A DNA stretch of 51,932 nucleotides from Catajapyx aquilonaris. Its lineage: Eukaryota. The notes below the pieces were generated by a model. That model had not been told where the DNA came from, did no database searches, and saw nothing but the letters and a program-made list of their open reading frames with translations. The stretch is from positions 1 through 51,932 of the forward strand of contig KZ538715.1 in the NCBI GenBank assembly GCA_000934665.2, read 5' to 3'. The position numbers and the translations under genes were made by a program. Of this stretch, positions 49,605 through 51,932 are shown piece after piece (positions within the stretch are counted from its first letter, which is position 1; each line of letters begins with the position of its first letter).

Positions 49605-50949
49605 TTCCGCTAAGAACACAATATACTTAAACCTTTAAGCGTTTTACTATAGGACTACAGGATTTTAGAGAGAGAAAAACGTCTGTGTAATGTACTAATA
49701 TACCAGCACATTCCATATCATATTATGTATTGTTAGAAAATTCCTGCGTGATTAATTTTTAATTCACCAGGCGTGAGGCTTTCGAGTCTGACAATTCAAA
49801 TCTGCAATAGTTTTTAAAATGCACTTCACCGCTTCGACGACTATTCAGATAGGTGCTGCATGCCTGGAGAGCCTTTAATAACCCGTTAATCATGTTCTAT
49901 TCAAGCACAATATTAACACGAGCTGCCCCAAACAAAAATGAATAATGCCTCAAGAGCAATTTCCTTTCTTCCTACCCTCACTAAATGGAATCAGCCAGTA
50001 TTTAATTTTAACGATAAAATTATCCATAATGCTTTGAATACAACGACTCCAAAACTGAAGAGGTGCTTAACACTGAGGAGAATCATTTCAAGCAGCAAAT
50101 ATCCTTTACAATACACACCTTCAAAAAAGTGGCCTGATTTTATGCCCAGTTCTTGGTTATTCCGAGTTGTGGCTGTCAGTAACTACTTGTGCACTATGAC
50201 GGGATATCAAATTGTTACACTCAACCTAAATCACAAGGCGCCGCAATTTCCAGCGCTAACGTCTCAAAAACATAAACTTGATTTGAACAGGCATGCATAT
50301 GACACCTAAAAACTGCCCCCTTTTAAACTTCCGCACCAGCACGAAAATGCAAGCTTTTAGGAAGGTCCTACAAAATAGTGCACTATACCAGACCCAACTT
50401 CAAATTAAACTTTTGTAAAACACGCAATATGGCCACAATGAGAAGTCATGCAGGCATATTACTTTCTACTGAAACTAAACTTCCACAGAGACCCGCTGCA
50501 TTGCAAAAACTCTGATTGGCTAACCCAGCTAGACAACATTTTGCTTAAAAAAAGGTAACAACTATCCGAAGTGTCCTCTTATGCATGTGAGGTAATAGCA
50601 TACCCAATTTTTCCGTCCACTCATTACTAGCGCTTACGACTTACTTTCCGCACTGCGGCGCTGGCTATGTCGAGAGATACAATCGCGCTATAGCGTCACC
50701 TTGACCAGAGACATGCAAATAGGCTATGTTTGTTGGTGACGTCTACCAGCGTCAGATAAGAAACTTCTCTCATAAAATCTCACAAAAATTTGACACAGTG
50801 TTATAGACTACTAACAATCAGTCACGTCAAAACTGACACCCACTAGACCGCTTCTAAAACAAGTGACATCATCACGTCACAAATCACTTCCACATCACAA
50901 ACTGACAGCCGAGTCAATCGACGCCCAAGCAATCTCGCCAAAGGCCTAC

Positions 50950-51017
50950 TCCCTGTGGGACAAGATCGGACAGGATCCACTGTCGGCCATACGTTGGCAA
51001 GAGTCCTGCCAACTTAT
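50950..51017 (-). CDS. candidate internal exon, frame uncertain
   Basis: Acceptor gttctctgcag| and donor |gtaggc. 68 nt, open in two frames (KLAGLLPTYGRQWILSDLVPQG or ISWQDSCQRMADSGSCPILSHR). Confidence 0.25.
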
Positions 51018-51932
51018 CTGCAGAGAACACTGGGCCTATTCAAACTTTGGGACTTTGAATTGTGCAGGAATTATTACACTATTCAGATTATTCCCATAGT
51101 TTCATTTCTGCCCATGTTTACTCGAGAGCCTAGCTGAGGATTTTAGTTTCAGCCCCCTCTGGCTGAACAGAATCAGACAGGTACATGCACCCGTCCCTTT
51201 AATCTCGCGTACAACATTATTCTAGCATTTAAGGCAAAATTAATGACCCTGCTGGCAACGACAGTCATTCTGATATTCCATTGCGCCGTTGTTGGTCAAC
51301 CACGAATGAAACTCTCTGCAGGGCTAATCAGTTTGTGTCATAATTAGCGCTTTTAGTCTGCCATACTCTTTCATTCTTTATGCCAAACGAGTTTCCGGGG
51401 CCAACCAAAAAACTCTTCTCCCCCCCTCCCCCCTCTCCCCTATCATTTTTTACCACTGGAGCGTAAATGCTTGTACGTTTTAACACCAGGTGGCGAAAGG
51501 CAATTTGCAGCCGAGAAATTATTCCGTGTTGCTCATTCCTAATAATTACCGGTAGTAGTTAGGTGAGTCGCTTGTAACGATACAAAGATGCGGTTAGATT
51601 AGGCATGCAATAAAGCGAAAGGCGTTTTGTTGCAATGCAGTAGCAGATTTCTGCAATTTATGCTCCGGTTTGCACTCAGGTGGTGGTCAACAGTTAATAC
51701 CAGTTGCGAACACTGGAAGCAAACAGCACTTAGCAGCTTGGTTCCTTATATCTGAGTCTCACATGTAGTTTTGATAATATTATTTTGATATATCGTAGTA
51801 CATGATTTAGTGCACTTGGGTATGGGATACTGGTGCGTAATAGCAAGTGATAAAGGACATGTTATGTGAACTTTAAAAAGTCAGAATAAATTATGATTAA
51901 CAAAATTTTCTTTAAAATATCCCGCACTTACT

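Overview
Eukaryotic, most likely invertebrate animal, genomic DNA that is almost entirely intronic or intergenic. No long ORF gives a recognisable protein, and I see no rRNA, CRISPR array or operon. The window is dense in small non-autonomous transposable elements. These include many MITEs (Tc1/mariner-type with TA TSDs, a hAT-type with an 8-bp TSD, PIF/Harbinger-type with 3-bp TSDs, a Kolobok-type with TTAA, and one with a 7-bp TSD), several of them nested. There are also three copies of a short Helitron, four tRNA-headed SINEs (one a V-SINE) that share a 3' stem-loop tail, a tRNA-like cloverleaf with a broken anticodon arm, and very degraded LINE remnants. A few short candidate exons have good splice signals but cannot be assigned to a gene, e.g. 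a minus-strand pair that would read MAKRIGDK/LAFDMRHNEGDGDE. The most unusual signals are a composite Harbinger-like element with duplicated hairpin-rich cargo (22644-23511), a modular SINE set with a common tail, and probable transposon excision footprints (TACTGTA, TAGGCTA/TAGCCTA, TAGGCCTA) supported by internal comparisons. I cannot support a claim of a new protein-coding system. Superfamily names come from terminal sequences and TSDs read by eye, not from database searches.
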